Shown here piece by piece: positions 24,418 through 36,842 of a DNA stretch of 53,734 nt. The notes under the pieces were generated by a model. That model had not been told where the DNA came from. It did not search any database and saw nothing but the letters and a program-made list of their open reading frames with translations. The number at the start of each line of letters is the position of its first letter. Position 1 is the stretch's first letter. The DNA lies in NCBI GenBank assembly GCA_031835245.2, contig JAVKOQ020000012.1:372001-425734 (forward strand), written 5' to 3'. This DNA is from Balamuthia mandrillaris (lineage: Eukaryota). Both the position numbers and the translations under genes were made by a program.

Positions 24418-24998
24418 TTTGTGTTGGGGGTTTTTTTTTTGCTGTGTGAAGGAACCGAAGAGGGGCGGTTGGTCTTCGAGGGAAAAGGAGCAGGAGAAGG
24501 TGGTGGTTTTTGCGACGGACGAAAAGAAAACAAAAAAAAAGAAAAATAAGAAAAGAAAAATAAGGAAGAAGTTAAGAAACAAATTAAAGTTAAAAAGATT
24601 TGCTGACACAAATTTTGACAGGGGAAATAGGTAGATTTCGAGGGTTGCTTGTTTACTACAAATTTATTGGGCGATCCTTAAACTCCGATTAGATCTAAGA
24701 TCTGGTGCCACGATCATTCCGTCGACGAAAAGAGCATCATGTCGACACGAATGTACGCTCAGGAACGTCAAAGAAGCGTCAGCACGACAAACCACCCGAG
24801 ACGCAACACGACCGTCATTCCCTCCCACCGCTGCGTTATCATGGCGAGCACTCCTCCGCTTACCAAACCCTTCGTTTGTAGCATGAAACTCGGGAAACTC
24901 CCTCTCAACAAACCCATGTTCTCGCTTTCTTCGTTTTGTTTCTTAAAGAAAACGTGGAGTGTACACTCTTCGAACAGCCACTCAGTTAAACACGCACG

Positions 24999-26312
24999 AT
25001 GGAGAGGTGGGACAAACCCGTGGTCCGTATCGTTGCGGCCTCCTTTTTTGTGTGTGTCCTTTTTTTTTAAAAATTGTCGTGGATATCATTCTCACCCGAA
25101 CAACAGGAAGCTTCTTCTCCTCCCTCTGCCTCTCAAGCAGAAGAGAGCCATGCATTCCAACTGGAAGCCAAAACGCTGAACAACAGAGCAAATGCTTGCT
25201 TCGAAGCCAAAGACTTTGCTGCGGCTGTTCGGTTATATTCGGAAGCCATCACCTTATGTTCCACTAAGCCAGCCTACTTCACAAACAGAGCCGCTGCTCT
25301 CCTTGCGATCGGAAGGTCTCTCTCTCTCTCTCTCTCTCTTTTCCTCCATTCTTCTGCATCTCATCGTTGACCTCTTACAAACAGATGCGAAGACGCGCTT
25401 GTGGACGCTGAAGCTGCCATCGAACTCTCTCCCAAATGGGTCAAAGGCTACATTCGTAAGGCCTCCGCATTGAGTCAGATGGGCCGAATGGAGGAAGCCA
25501 GGCAGGTCTATTTGCTGGCCTCTAAATACGAACCGCACAGCCAAGAGCTGAATAGGAGGTTCGAAGAGATATACGCTGAGACATTGGCACCGGACAGCGA
25601 TGAGGCAGACGATGAGTTGTTTCCTCCTTCTGAAACAAAGCAAAAAACGAACGGAGCCTCTTCCTCTTTGCAGATATCCGCAGATGACCTTGAGTGTTCT
25701 CTTTGCTTGAAGCTGTTCTACGAGCCGGTTACTACCCCTTGTGGTCCGTTTCAGCCTCTGTTTTTTCATAGTTTCATAGTTTTTGTGCGTTGTTTCTTTT
25801 GCTAACTTAAAAAACAGGCCATACTTTTTGTCGCAGTTGCCTCTTTCGTGCATTGGACTACCGGGCAGGATGCCCGCTTTGCAGAAGCCCCATTCATTTT
25901 GCTCCAGATCATGCCGTCAGTGTTACCATCCAAAGTCTCATAGAAAAATATTTTCCAAAGCAGCTGCAAAAGCGGAGGGCTGAAATGGAGGCTGAAAGAC
26001 AAGAGGCAGAGACATGGTTTGTTCCTTTGTTTCTTTTCAGCTCTGTTGGTAATGTTGCTTATTCCTCGTTTGTTCTCTGTACACTCATGAACAGCATGCC
26101 ATTGTTTCTGTTGAACACAGTAGCCTTTCCGGGCATGCGATTCCCGATGCATATCTTCGAGCCAAGATATAGATTAATGCTGCGGCGCTGTTTGCAAGGA
26201 ACTAAAGTCTTTGGTTTGGTGAACGTCCAACAGAATCCGACCAACATGCGCTGGGAGTCATCTAATGCCGGTTGTGCTCTGAAGATCACCAAACACACCT
26301 TGTACGAGCTTT

Positions 26313-26357
<45 letters not shown>

Positions 26358-26912
26358 GTTCCAAGGTTCCTCTCTCTCCTGTTCCAAGGTTCCGAGTTCT
26401 TATCCAAACACAAATAAAGATTGCCGGATGGAAGGAGCTTCATAGAGACAATTGGGACGAAACGATTTAAGATAGTGCAGAAACGGGAACAGGATGGCTA
26501 TATTGTAGGCAAGATCGAGTGGTTGGAGGACGAACTCCTCAACGAACAAGACATGGCACGATATGACCACCTGCGAGAGAGAACTCGCTCCCATCTGACC
26601 AACATGTTACATAACCTTCAGTGTTACAGGCCCCTGCAACCTTTGTTGGAGCGAATGGGGGATGTGCCAGAGGATGATGCGTCTCTGTGTTACTGGCTGG
26701 CCAGCTATCTGCCCATTCCCAATGCAGAGAAGCAAGCCCTCCTGGAAGATAACTCTCCTTTGCAACGTATGGAAGTGCTGCATTGCATCCTTGCACAAAT
26801 CCGAAGTTTCGTACAGTCGGCTCAAGACGAACGGGAGGAGCGCGCTGCGTCAGGGGCCTCCACTTCAAACGTTGATGATGACGGCTTACCCTCCCAGTGC
26901 CTTCTATCATAG
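24999..26912 (+). CDS. TPR + RING + LON N-terminal domain protein (LONRF-like); multi-exon, start uncertain
   Basis: TPR (ANACFEAKDFAAAVRLYSEAI...YFTNRAAA, WVKGYIRKA), RING (CSLCLKLFYEPVTTPCG|HTFCRSC...CPLCR), LON-N (PMHIFEPRYRLMLRRC, PDGRSFIETIGTKRF). Confidence 0.88.
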
Positions 26913-27016
26913 GTGCTGAGTTGTTGTTACTTGTAGAGAAGAAGAAAAAACAGAAAAGATCACACACGACGCTATCAATACCTTTCTCTGAAAGTCTCAT
27001 TAGAGAAGAAGCAGGA

Positions 27017-27017
<1 letters not shown>

Positions 27018-27047
<30 letters not shown>

Positions 27048-27137
27048 AAGAAGAAGAAGAAGAAGAAGAAGAAGAAGAAGAAGAAGAAGAAGAAGAAGAA
27101 GAAGAACAAGAACAAGAACAAGAACAAGAAGAAGAAG
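27018..27137. repeat. (AAG)n / (AAGAAC)n microsatellite
   Basis: Visible directly. Confidence 0.95.
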
Positions 27138-27330
27138 ATGGAGTTGGCGTTCAGTTTAGGCACAAAAAGGAGATACCGAAAGGAAGTAGGAAGTACAAAA
27201 CAAAACAGCGAACCAAGAGAACTACAAGAAGAACAAAATGAATGATAGAAAACACAAGTGTTACTTGCAATCGGAATAGTACACTAACAAACGACAAAAC
27301 AAACAACAAACAAGAGACCGAAGCGCGGGC

Positions 27331-27751
27331 TTAGACCTCCTCCCAAGCAGGCACCGCAGGGAAAAAGCTTTCAGCCGGAAACACGAATCGCCCTTCCGTG
27401 GTGTTGCTGTTTGAGAGAGGGGATGCGGGGGCTCTGCCAGCAGCAGGAGGCAGAGGAGGCCTTCCGTTTGGCAACGTAGGGCCGTTGCCCGGCCGCCTGC
27501 CGCTAGGCAGAGCCGGTGGTAGCGAAGGATCTTCGCCTCCTCCTGCACCCCTCGTCGGCAGCAGGGGAGGTCTTGTGTGTTGTGGTAGTGGTGGTGCTGG
27601 TTCTGAAGCAGGTTGAGAGCGTTGAGGGAGCGGCGGCGTGGAGGGGGTGGAGGGTGGAGAGGGTGATCGAGAGGGAAGAGCGAAGGGTCATATCATGACC
27701 AGGGTATTGAGAAGCATACTCTTTCACTACTTTCACGGTAAGTCCACTCAT
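27331..27751 (-). pseudogene. Internally deleted SH3-start + proline-rich (WIP-like C-terminus) gene fragment
   Basis: MSGLTVKVVKEYASQYPGHDMTL (start of an SH3-like domain) abuts, out of frame at ~27680, PPLPQ/PPLLP/PPALP/PPLPP repeats ending EGRFVFPAESFFPAVPAWEEV*. Confidence 0.45.
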
Positions 27752-28174
27752 GCTGTAAATCCAACTTAAGAACGGTGGCGGTGGGGAGTAAAGGAGAGGA
27801 AGCACCTGCTTCCTCTGCGTAAGAAATAGTAGGGCTTTGTTATATCTAACCCGTGGCCGTTGGTAGTTGGTGGTGGGGGGTGGTAATGGTGCCTCTCTCG
27901 CAAATTGTTCTTACTTGGACCACAAAAGCAGAGAAGACGAGGCTTGCTGGCGCCCCACTTGGTTCTCTCCTTACTATTTGTTTGTTTTTTGAAAAAGGAA
28001 GAAATAAGCAAGCAGCAAAGGAGGAGTCACCCCTCTTTGCTTGCTGTTAATTAATTGTCTCTATGCTTTTTGTTAACAAAAGGTACGCCCCCTGTGCATT
28101 ATTATTTTTATTACCATTATTCTGATGCAGCGTTAACTTGGCGTTACAACGTTACAACACCCTGCCGCCATCTT

Positions 28175-31100
28175 CTATGAAGGATAGCGAAGGCGAAAGT
28201 AGTCTTGAAGGTACTGCGAAAGAGTAGGAGAGATACCATGTCGCAAGAACTCCTCCTTGGAGCTAGAGAGTATATCGTGCAGGTTGGCATAAGCGGAAAG
28301 CAGACGGAGTAGAGGCAACAGGCCAACGCCAGGAATGCTCCCCAGAAATTCAACCTGCTTTCTGTTGCGGTCTGCCAGGAGGCGGTTGGCGTCCTGTAGG
28401 CGTATAGCGCCTCCTGCCAACGCTTCTCGCTTAGCTACGTCGTGGATGATCTTCGCAGAATCGATTTGGGATGGGCTGAAGAGAAGCTGACAACGCGTGT
28501 GTGTTTCGGCAAACAAAGCTTCCATCATTTGGTCCCAAGGGCGCCCACCACCGGTGCCGCTGCCTGTACCATTTGTTCCGCAAGTTCCTTCCAGGAGAAG
28601 GATGGCTCGCATGCCTTGCTCTCGCAATGACACCAGTTGGGAGCGGAGCTTGTCAAGAAGATCCTCGTTGGTAGCGCCTTTCCAAAATTCCTCATGTTTT
28701 TTTCGCAATATGCACAGACCACCATCTCTGCTACTAACCAAAAAGTCTCCAAAGTAACGGTGGTCAGCTATGCGACTGCCTGAAGAGGAGGAGGAGGAAG
28801 ATGACGTTGATGAAGACGAAGACGAAGACGTAGACGGAAAAGAAAAGACTACAGTTTTGGCCCTGTGTGTATTGCGGAGCAAACTGGGTATCTGGGAGCG
28901 GCTCAGCTGAGAAGAAGAGAGGATGATGGTAGGGGTGATCTGTTGAAGTTCTGCGGCGCGTGATGAAGGAGAGAGAAGCTGCATGCGGGCTGGAGTATCC
29001 GCCGACGTAAGCAAAGATGGTGCAGAGAGGCGCGCTGGCGAGGCCATGTCTTGTGTGCTCAGTTGTTCTCTACCTGAGATATGTTCCGTTGTTGGCTGTG
29101 AAGTAATATTCCTTGGTTGTTCTTCCTCAACTTCGTCCAGTGTTATTACGGCGGTACGGCTTTTAGCCAATGTAGTAGCTTCTGCGTTGGTAGTAGGTGC
29201 AGTTTGGCTGAAAGAGGCAGTTGTGGCCTTTGATAATGGTGTGGCTGCAACAAGTATCCGATCACTTTGTAGTGGCGTTGAGGGAATAAGGCTTGGTGTT
29301 TGTGTTGCTCCAGGTTCCATCAGAAAGTCTAGGTCTAAGCTCCAATTGGGACTATCAGATAGAGGGGCCGCATGCGGTTGGTTCTTGTGTATTTCTGCGG
29401 TATCTTCGGGCAAGGTTCCAAACTTTAGGCTGTCTTCACACTGGTATGTTTCTGTTGGCTCATTGCCTCCTGAAAAGCATAACGCTCAGTGACATCGTTC
29501 AGGCCATTTTTTTTTTTGAGAAAAAATTCCAAAACTGTACCTGCAGCGATGGACCAATCCAAGTCTCCCAACCCAAAGTTTGGAAAGCAATCATCAAGCT
29601 TGGGGGGATCTGGTAGGGCTTCCTTGCAAGTAAGGGCTGTAGAATCTACCTCTGTGTTATTATATGAAGCTCCAGCGATAGTCTTTTCAGCACTCTTCTC
29701 CTCTTCCCACCGAAGTTCCCTCCTAACTGATGACACAGGCTTTTGCTGATCCTTTTTACATACAACAGGAGGAGAATTATCATCGCCCAGGATCAAGTCA
29801 TGCGGGCGACAAGCGTCAACTAAAAGGGGAGAAGATGAATCGGAGATGGGCGATGTGACCAAGCTCTGCGACTGAGGCGAGGAAACTTGTTCTGCTAAAC
29901 AACAACACAAAGCAATTAGTACGACCACGAACTGCAATGAGGGGTATGTAGACGCACCCGAGTCGGGCTCCGATGTGCGGTCTTCCTCGCAATCAGGGAG
30001 AAACAGCATTTTGTATTGATTGGGATTTCGTTTCTTTGGCGAAGTAAACAAAGAGGGCCTTTGGGATGCTTGGCTTAATAACGAGCGTCTGCAACACTTT
30101 TTGTTAACTCTTGCTGGAATGCTAAGCGAAAACAAACAAACAAACAAACACACACCTATACATGGCAAGGTCGTCTCCAGCAGATTCCTGTGAAGAAGGA
30201 CTGGACACAATAAATGAAAGGTCCTCATTTTCTCCGCCTTGGTCCAGTTCCTCATCCTCTTCCTCATCTTCGCATCTGTTTTGCAAAAAGGTCAGAAACA
30301 AACAAATAAGGGGAGTTACATTAATAAGGCAACATACTCTGCTTCATCATCTATAAAATCTGTCAACACGAGGCCCTGTTTTCGCCGTTGCTTTACTTCC
30401 ACTGTCTTCTCAGGTGGTTTGGTTAGAATCCCACGTTTCTTCTCCCCAATTTTCTTTAGTCGGCGTCTGTTTCTGTTAGGGGGAGCAGGAGAAGCCTCAA
30501 GGCTGCCAATAGATACATCTGTTTGTTCTTTTTCTAAGTCGTCTGAATCTGCACTATGCGGTCCTTCAGAAGGTTTTGGGTTCTCCTTTGCCTTTATTGC
30601 ATTCTCTTCTTGTGTTGCAGGAAAGCGATGGGAACAACATATTTTGCACACAGGGGCTTCCACAGCTTCGTTGAAGAAAGTACAGGTGGAGCAGGGCCAT
30701 CCCGCCGGCGGTGCAGATGAATGGTTACCTGGTTGAAGTGGCTTCTTCTTCTCTGGTTGGATGTCTTTAATAATGCTTTGTAGTGATGTATTGTGCTTTG
30801 GCGGATCTTGCTTTGGAAGTGTGCATGGTGGGTTGGAAGAAAGCAAAGACAGTCCCTTCTGCTTCTGTAGGGAAAGCAAGGATGAACGTGATCGATGGCT
30901 ATTGCTGGAGGGTAAGACAGCTCTTACCAACGAGTTAGTGTCGGATAGCGCAGGGAGAGTCAACGAAGACAGCGAAAATAAGGACTGTGTTGGTGTCGAA
31001 GTAGAACTAGGAGTTGATACGGACATCGCTCCAGCAGTTGATGTCAGCACGGAAGATGACACTGGAGTCAAGACCGAGGTCAAGGTAGAAGGCGAAGAAG

Positions 31101-34100
31101 TTGATGCCGACAATGCTTCTGCTGGTGTAGATAAGGAAGATGTAGATGAGGAAGGATTGCTTGGGGATGATAGTTCAGCAGAGGAAACAGCACTAGAAAC
31201 ACTGGTGGCTGGTGGTGATAACACTGATGGTTTTGGTGGCGAAGATGCTGTACAACTAAACAAAGAGGACAAGGATGCAAGAGATGTAGTTTGTGCAGGA
31301 AGTTGATATGTACCAAGAGAGGGCGGCTGAGTTCTGGTAGCAGCTGTTGAGGTAGATGCACCCATCGATGAAACTGCTAACGTGGCGGAAGACACGGTGT
31401 GTGATGGGGACGTTGAAGGCATAACAAAGAAGGAGGAGACAGGTTTTTCAGTATTTGGGGGTGATGAGGGGGTGTGGGGTGCGACCTCCGTTTTGGCTGG
31501 GCTTCCACTACGGTTGTCATTGCTGATGGTAGAAGTTGCAACACTAGAAGTAGCGGCTGGAGTTATACTTGGCAGGGTAAGAAGCGAGTGTTTGGGGCTT
31601 GGTAGTGTTGTGCTGCTTGTGATGGGTGAAGTTTTTAGGGCGGTAGTGATGGTAGAGGGCTGTGAAGCTGTTGATGTTACTGAGACTGGTGTCGTTCCAC
31701 TGAATGGTTCATAGAACGATTTTGGCAAGGTTGAAGAAAGTGGTATCACTTGTAGGGATTGTTGCAACGAAGGAGTAGGAATTAAGTCCAATGCCAAATC
31801 GCTGTCATAGGATGAGCCGTCCTCAGCGCAATCTTGGTATGAAAGGGCAGGAATGTCGTTGTTGGATGAAGCAGGTGGAGCGTGATGTGCTATGAGGAAA
31901 GGGGGGAACATAGGAAAGGCGCGCTCCATCAGAGAATCAATGTCGTCTTTGGCAGCAGAGGGCTTCGTGTCCAGCGAGCGTGATATTCGTTCTTGCCCTC
32001 CAGGTATTTGCAAGCTTGGATTTGTGGAAGCAGAAGAAGAAGAAGAAGAAGAAGAAGAAGAAGATGCAAATGATGATGCTACAGAAGATGAAGTTGGAGG
32101 AGTGGTTTGGCGCAAAATACGGCTGGTATTGCTTGCTGTTTTGAATTCAAACCAATCATCATGTACAAGAGGAGCGAAAGCTTCCATCTGATCGCCAATC
32201 CGGGGTCCAACCCCAGATAGTGAAGTAGATATGATGGATGCTCTGTTAGGGGTCGGAAAGGTGCCCTGTTCCTCGAGTGCGTGATCTGACGGTCTAGCAC
32301 TGATTGGTGACAAGGGAGGGCTATTCCATGTCGGAGAAGCTAGCCCTGCCCTTTTCTTCTTTCTGGCTGAAAAGTCCCGCTTGAAAAGAGAAAGCTTTTC
32401 GTCTACTGGCAATGAAGGATCACGTAAGCGTTTTCTCGCTATCTCCTTCTCTTTGGCTAGATTCAACATCATATCCTTTAAGGAGGCAGCACTCGTCGGC
32501 GTTGCGACAGTAATAGTAGTGGACCTTTGGTTAGGGCTACTTAGCCCATGATCCTTCAGCACGTCATCGTCTTCTTCTTCTTCTTCTTCTGAAGGTGGTG
32601 CATCTTTCGTAAGCCAACCATCACCGTCATCAGAATGTCCAAAAAGATCGTTGAGCTTTGTTCTCTTCTTTGGGCGCACTCTGCTGCTGGGGATAACTTC
32701 AAAGTCATCTTCGTCATCCACAAGATTAAGGCACCTCTTATCCGGTGCAGCAGCAGTTGTGGCTTTCCCTAGGCTGGTCCGGTGTTGAGGTTTTCGTCGA
32801 GACTTAAGATATTCCTCCGTCTCGTCCAGATCCAGACAGTTTTGCAGCTTTATGTGTATGGGTGAGGTCAACACAAATCAAAGATGTTAAAGGGAGGACC
32901 CCAACGTACCTCTAACTCGTAGTCCCATTCAGAAGAGGCAGCATTATCTTCAACAAACTGAATGGTTTGCATTAGGGCAGAGGCTTTCACAGAATGGGAA
33001 ACCTCAAAGATAGGTGAAGGGATGGCTTGCTCAGGAAGATGATTCGCGAGACAGCTCATGATGCCTTTTCTCGCCATATTTCGAACATAGGCTTTGCTAC
33101 CTCCTTCCATTTTGAGCTGCATCACAGCTTCTTGTCTACAGGCCTCTGGTTCCTCTAAAATGGCAAAGGGTGGTAAGTCATCAACAGAGCCATATCCATT
33201 GCCTCGGAGCCACTCTTGTTGTGCTTCACTTAGCTCTCCATATCTTTGGCCAGAAGCCTTGGTGGTCGTAAAGCCACCAGTGGCGTTTCTCTTTCGCTTA
33301 AAACCAATTGCCTTCTTTTGATTACGTTCCCCGCTTGTTTCATTAGTCGATTCAGTTGGCACATTCATTTCTTGCACAACAACTTTAGGTTTTATCTCTG
33401 CTGGGATCTGAGAGAAAGATATAGAGAGGGAGGTAACAAGAGAGGAGAGAAGAGGAGAGAAGAGAAGAGCAGAGCAGAGCGTAATGGATGATGAGGAGAA
33501 AGAAGACCAGTGTAAGCAAGAAAGAAATAAATACCAAGCAGAAGAGAGATCAAACCATTCGTGGACAGTCCTCATAGAGCGAAAATGCACTCTTCTTCAT
33601 GATGTTTTGTACGATGCTTTTCCCCTTGCTTTGGTTTCTGGTAAAAACGGTCTCTTCAGAACCCTCCGTAACAAGAACCACTGCACCCGTTTAACAAAGC
33701 AAGAAAAAAAACCACCATTAGCAATGTATACAATGTACAATTTCTCAGAAATTGCAACGCATCCCACATACCGCAACGACCAGCCCGCTTTCGGCCAGTG
33801 CGACCAAAACGTTGCACCATTCTGGTTGGGGAAGCTTGTGCATCGAAACAAATTATGAGATCCACTTCGCCTATATCCAGCCCTTCTTCACCTATGCACG
33901 TAGCTACCAAAGTGTTGTATTTGCCACCCTTGAAGTCCTGCAGGTAGAAACACTTAGCAAAAGCAAAAACGGAGACATCATTTCATTTAAAAAATAGGAT
34001 AACATAAAACGGACCTTTATGACTTGAGCCTGCTGTTTTTGAGTATAGCCGCGAGACTTTCTTCCTGCCCCTTGTCCTACAAAAGCAATAGGTAAAACAA

Positions 34101-35567
34101 CAGGAGAGTGCCGTTGTAGAAGACTTACAACCTCATCGACGCTATCGCGGTATTCCGTAAAGATGATGACACGAGTCTCACTAGCCTTACTTTCCTCTAG
34201 GAATAGAGTAAAGTGAGTGAGGAGCATGTAGAAAGAGAAGGCAAAATAAAAATAGCAAGGAGAGTTGATACCAAAGTGAGCAGTGACAATTTCTAACAGC
34301 TTCTCAAGTTTTGGGTGGTTGAAATCGCCCTGGTCACACGTTTGTTCAAGCAAAAGCTTCAAGTTTTGAAACTCATTCATGTTGATCATCCCCTTCTTTG
34401 CTTTGGAGGTAACCTTGCCAGAATTTATCTTTTTTTCCAAGTCTTCGAGGTAGGAAGACACGCTCTTGAGGCCATGATTGTTGAAGAGGCCCCATCCGTG
34501 AAAAAGGGTAATGGCCAGGGCGAACTGTGCATGGATCATACCGTAGCGATTGGGCGGAATAGCGGGTGAGGGAGCAGCTGTGAACTTCTTTTGAGCAGTC
34601 ACCAGCATGAATTTGCTGACCTTCTCCGGGTCGTCGCACCAAAAGGCGTGGAGGCCGTGCAACATACGAAGAGGGATTTTGAGAAGCTCGAGAAATTGTT
34701 GCCTGACTAGTTGCATTTCTGGGGAGAGAGGCAGTTTTATCATTTCCATCTTGGTGGTGTTTACATAGCTGCGCACGTCGATATCCTCGTTTGTCCGCGT
34801 TTCTAGGTGGCTTATGAGCAGGTTCTCTATTACTCGTTGCACCGACTTAACGTCATCTGTAAATGCATGAATGAATGAATGAATGAATGTTAAGTCATTA
34901 CTTAAGACCAACAAAGGAAAGAGATAGCACTTACTGCCAGGAGTGGCGCTTAAGGCCAAGACGCGAAAGAAACGGGTACTTGCAGCAATCTATTAAATGA
35001 ATGCCAGAATTATAAACAGTAAATCAAAGGGGATAGAGAAGACGACACCAAGGTGGTATATTCAAAATTGAATTGACCACTTTAAACGTACCGACTTGAC
35101 GACTTTGCAGTAAGCATAGGCTCCCTGTGCGCGATGCGCTTCATCTACGACAAGGCAGACGATGTTTTTAGGAACACAAGTGTCACGGCTTATGTCGTTT
35201 TCGATGACTTGAGGAGTAACAAAGAAAACACGTTTTGTGCGCCACAACTCGCTTCGTACATGTGGGGACAGCGAGCCCGTCATCAAAGCTGTTTCTTCCT
35301 TGGGAATGCCCATTATTTTGAAGCACGCCTCTTCCTGTTGCGCGACCAACGGTTTTGTCGGTGCCATGAAAACAACTTTGGCAGGTTCAGGGAACCATCT
35401 GTAAAAGTTATACATGACCACGGCCGCTATGAAGGTTTTGCCTAAGCCCGTTGGCAAGCTCACCAGTGTGTTTCTGAACAGCGCATTCTTGGTAATGGAG
35501 TATTGGTAGTCTCGTCTTGGGTAATTGGCTGCAGTGAAGGAGACATTAGTGCAACTTTCCAAGAGAA

Positions 35568-35640
<73 letters not shown>

Positions 35641-36404
35641 AGAGAAAAATCGGAGCAGAATCGCACAAGGGTAAATCCAGGTGGCAGCTTTATCCAGGTC
35701 AATAAGAGGTGGCGAGTCATATTCCGGGAAGTTGAAATCCTCCAGAGTCATACTGGGGGCTTGCTTCGTGTTTCTTTGGAGAGTGGTACGTTTCTTCTTC
35801 TCGCCATCTACTGTTGATGGAGCTGCGTCTTCGGAGGCAGCTCCTGTATGTGTTCCTTTGTCTTCTTCTGGAGGTTTGGAGGGGTGCTGATTCTTGCCTT
35901 TGCGAGACGCAGGGCTGCCACGCCCTCTACCCCTACCGCTAGCTCTGCCTCGCCCTGCTTTTGCTGAAAGGGAGGGTACTGTAGATTGTGTGTTGTTCCG
36001 AGCAAGAAAGCTAGAAGCATTCATAACCGGACTTGCATTACTGCGCGAAGAGGAAGAAGAGGTGGAGAAGGGCGTGGAACTATGGGCAGGAATGGTAGGA
36101 GTCGTGGTTCGTTTTGATTGTGGTGCGGAGCTACTTCCTCGTGGAGAAGAAAGTGTTTGTATTTGGAGGGCATAGCCTCGCACGGTGTTGCACTCTTGTG
36201 CCCCGTTGTGACCATTGGCGCCGTTGAAAGCAGAAGTTGTAGAGGAAGGTTGTGTGTTTGTTTGCCGTTGAGAACCGTTCAGGTACTGCTGTTCGATTTT
36301 ATACAAGGCATCAAAGATCTCCTCATCGAACGTTTCGTCCTGCAATTAGAGCCAACTCTTAGCCAGCCAGCCAAGATAAAAGCGCAGTGCTGCCCACGTA
36401 CCAT
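28175..36404 (-). CDS. FANCM: FANCM/Mph1 DEAH helicase with C-terminal ERCC4-like and HhH domains; many exons
   Basis: [81 protein letters not shown], terminal FLGSIPGVG. The start ATG at 36404 is followed immediately by an intron. Confidence 0.93.
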
Positions 36405-36842
36405 GCTTGTTCAGCGGGAACCCTTTAAATTCCCAATACAAACGGTTTGGTTCTTTTTATTTCTTTCTGTCCTTGGTTGCTTCTGCCGAGCGTTATCTGA
36501 GTAACAGGGCGCCTTCTTTCATCTTTGGCCTCTTCTTCGTGTTTGTTTTATGAGGTTGCCCAAAATAATTCCTGGAATTACAAAAAAAAAAACGTTCCTG
36601 CACGTCAGCCATCATCTCCGGTTAGCCCCTCAAACAAAGGGCAAGGTTCTGTTTACGTCAGCACAGCTAACCACACCGGAAATTGGTGACAACTGGCCAC
36701 GGGGGAAGGGTTCCTCCTCTCTTCCGCAGAAGGAGAAAAGAAAAGGAAAAAGTTACGCAGTGTGAGAACACAGCTCCTCCGTCGCTTGTCGCTTCGTCCA
36801 ACACGCCTTTGCTGACCCCAGTCTTGCGAGTCAAGCGTCAAA

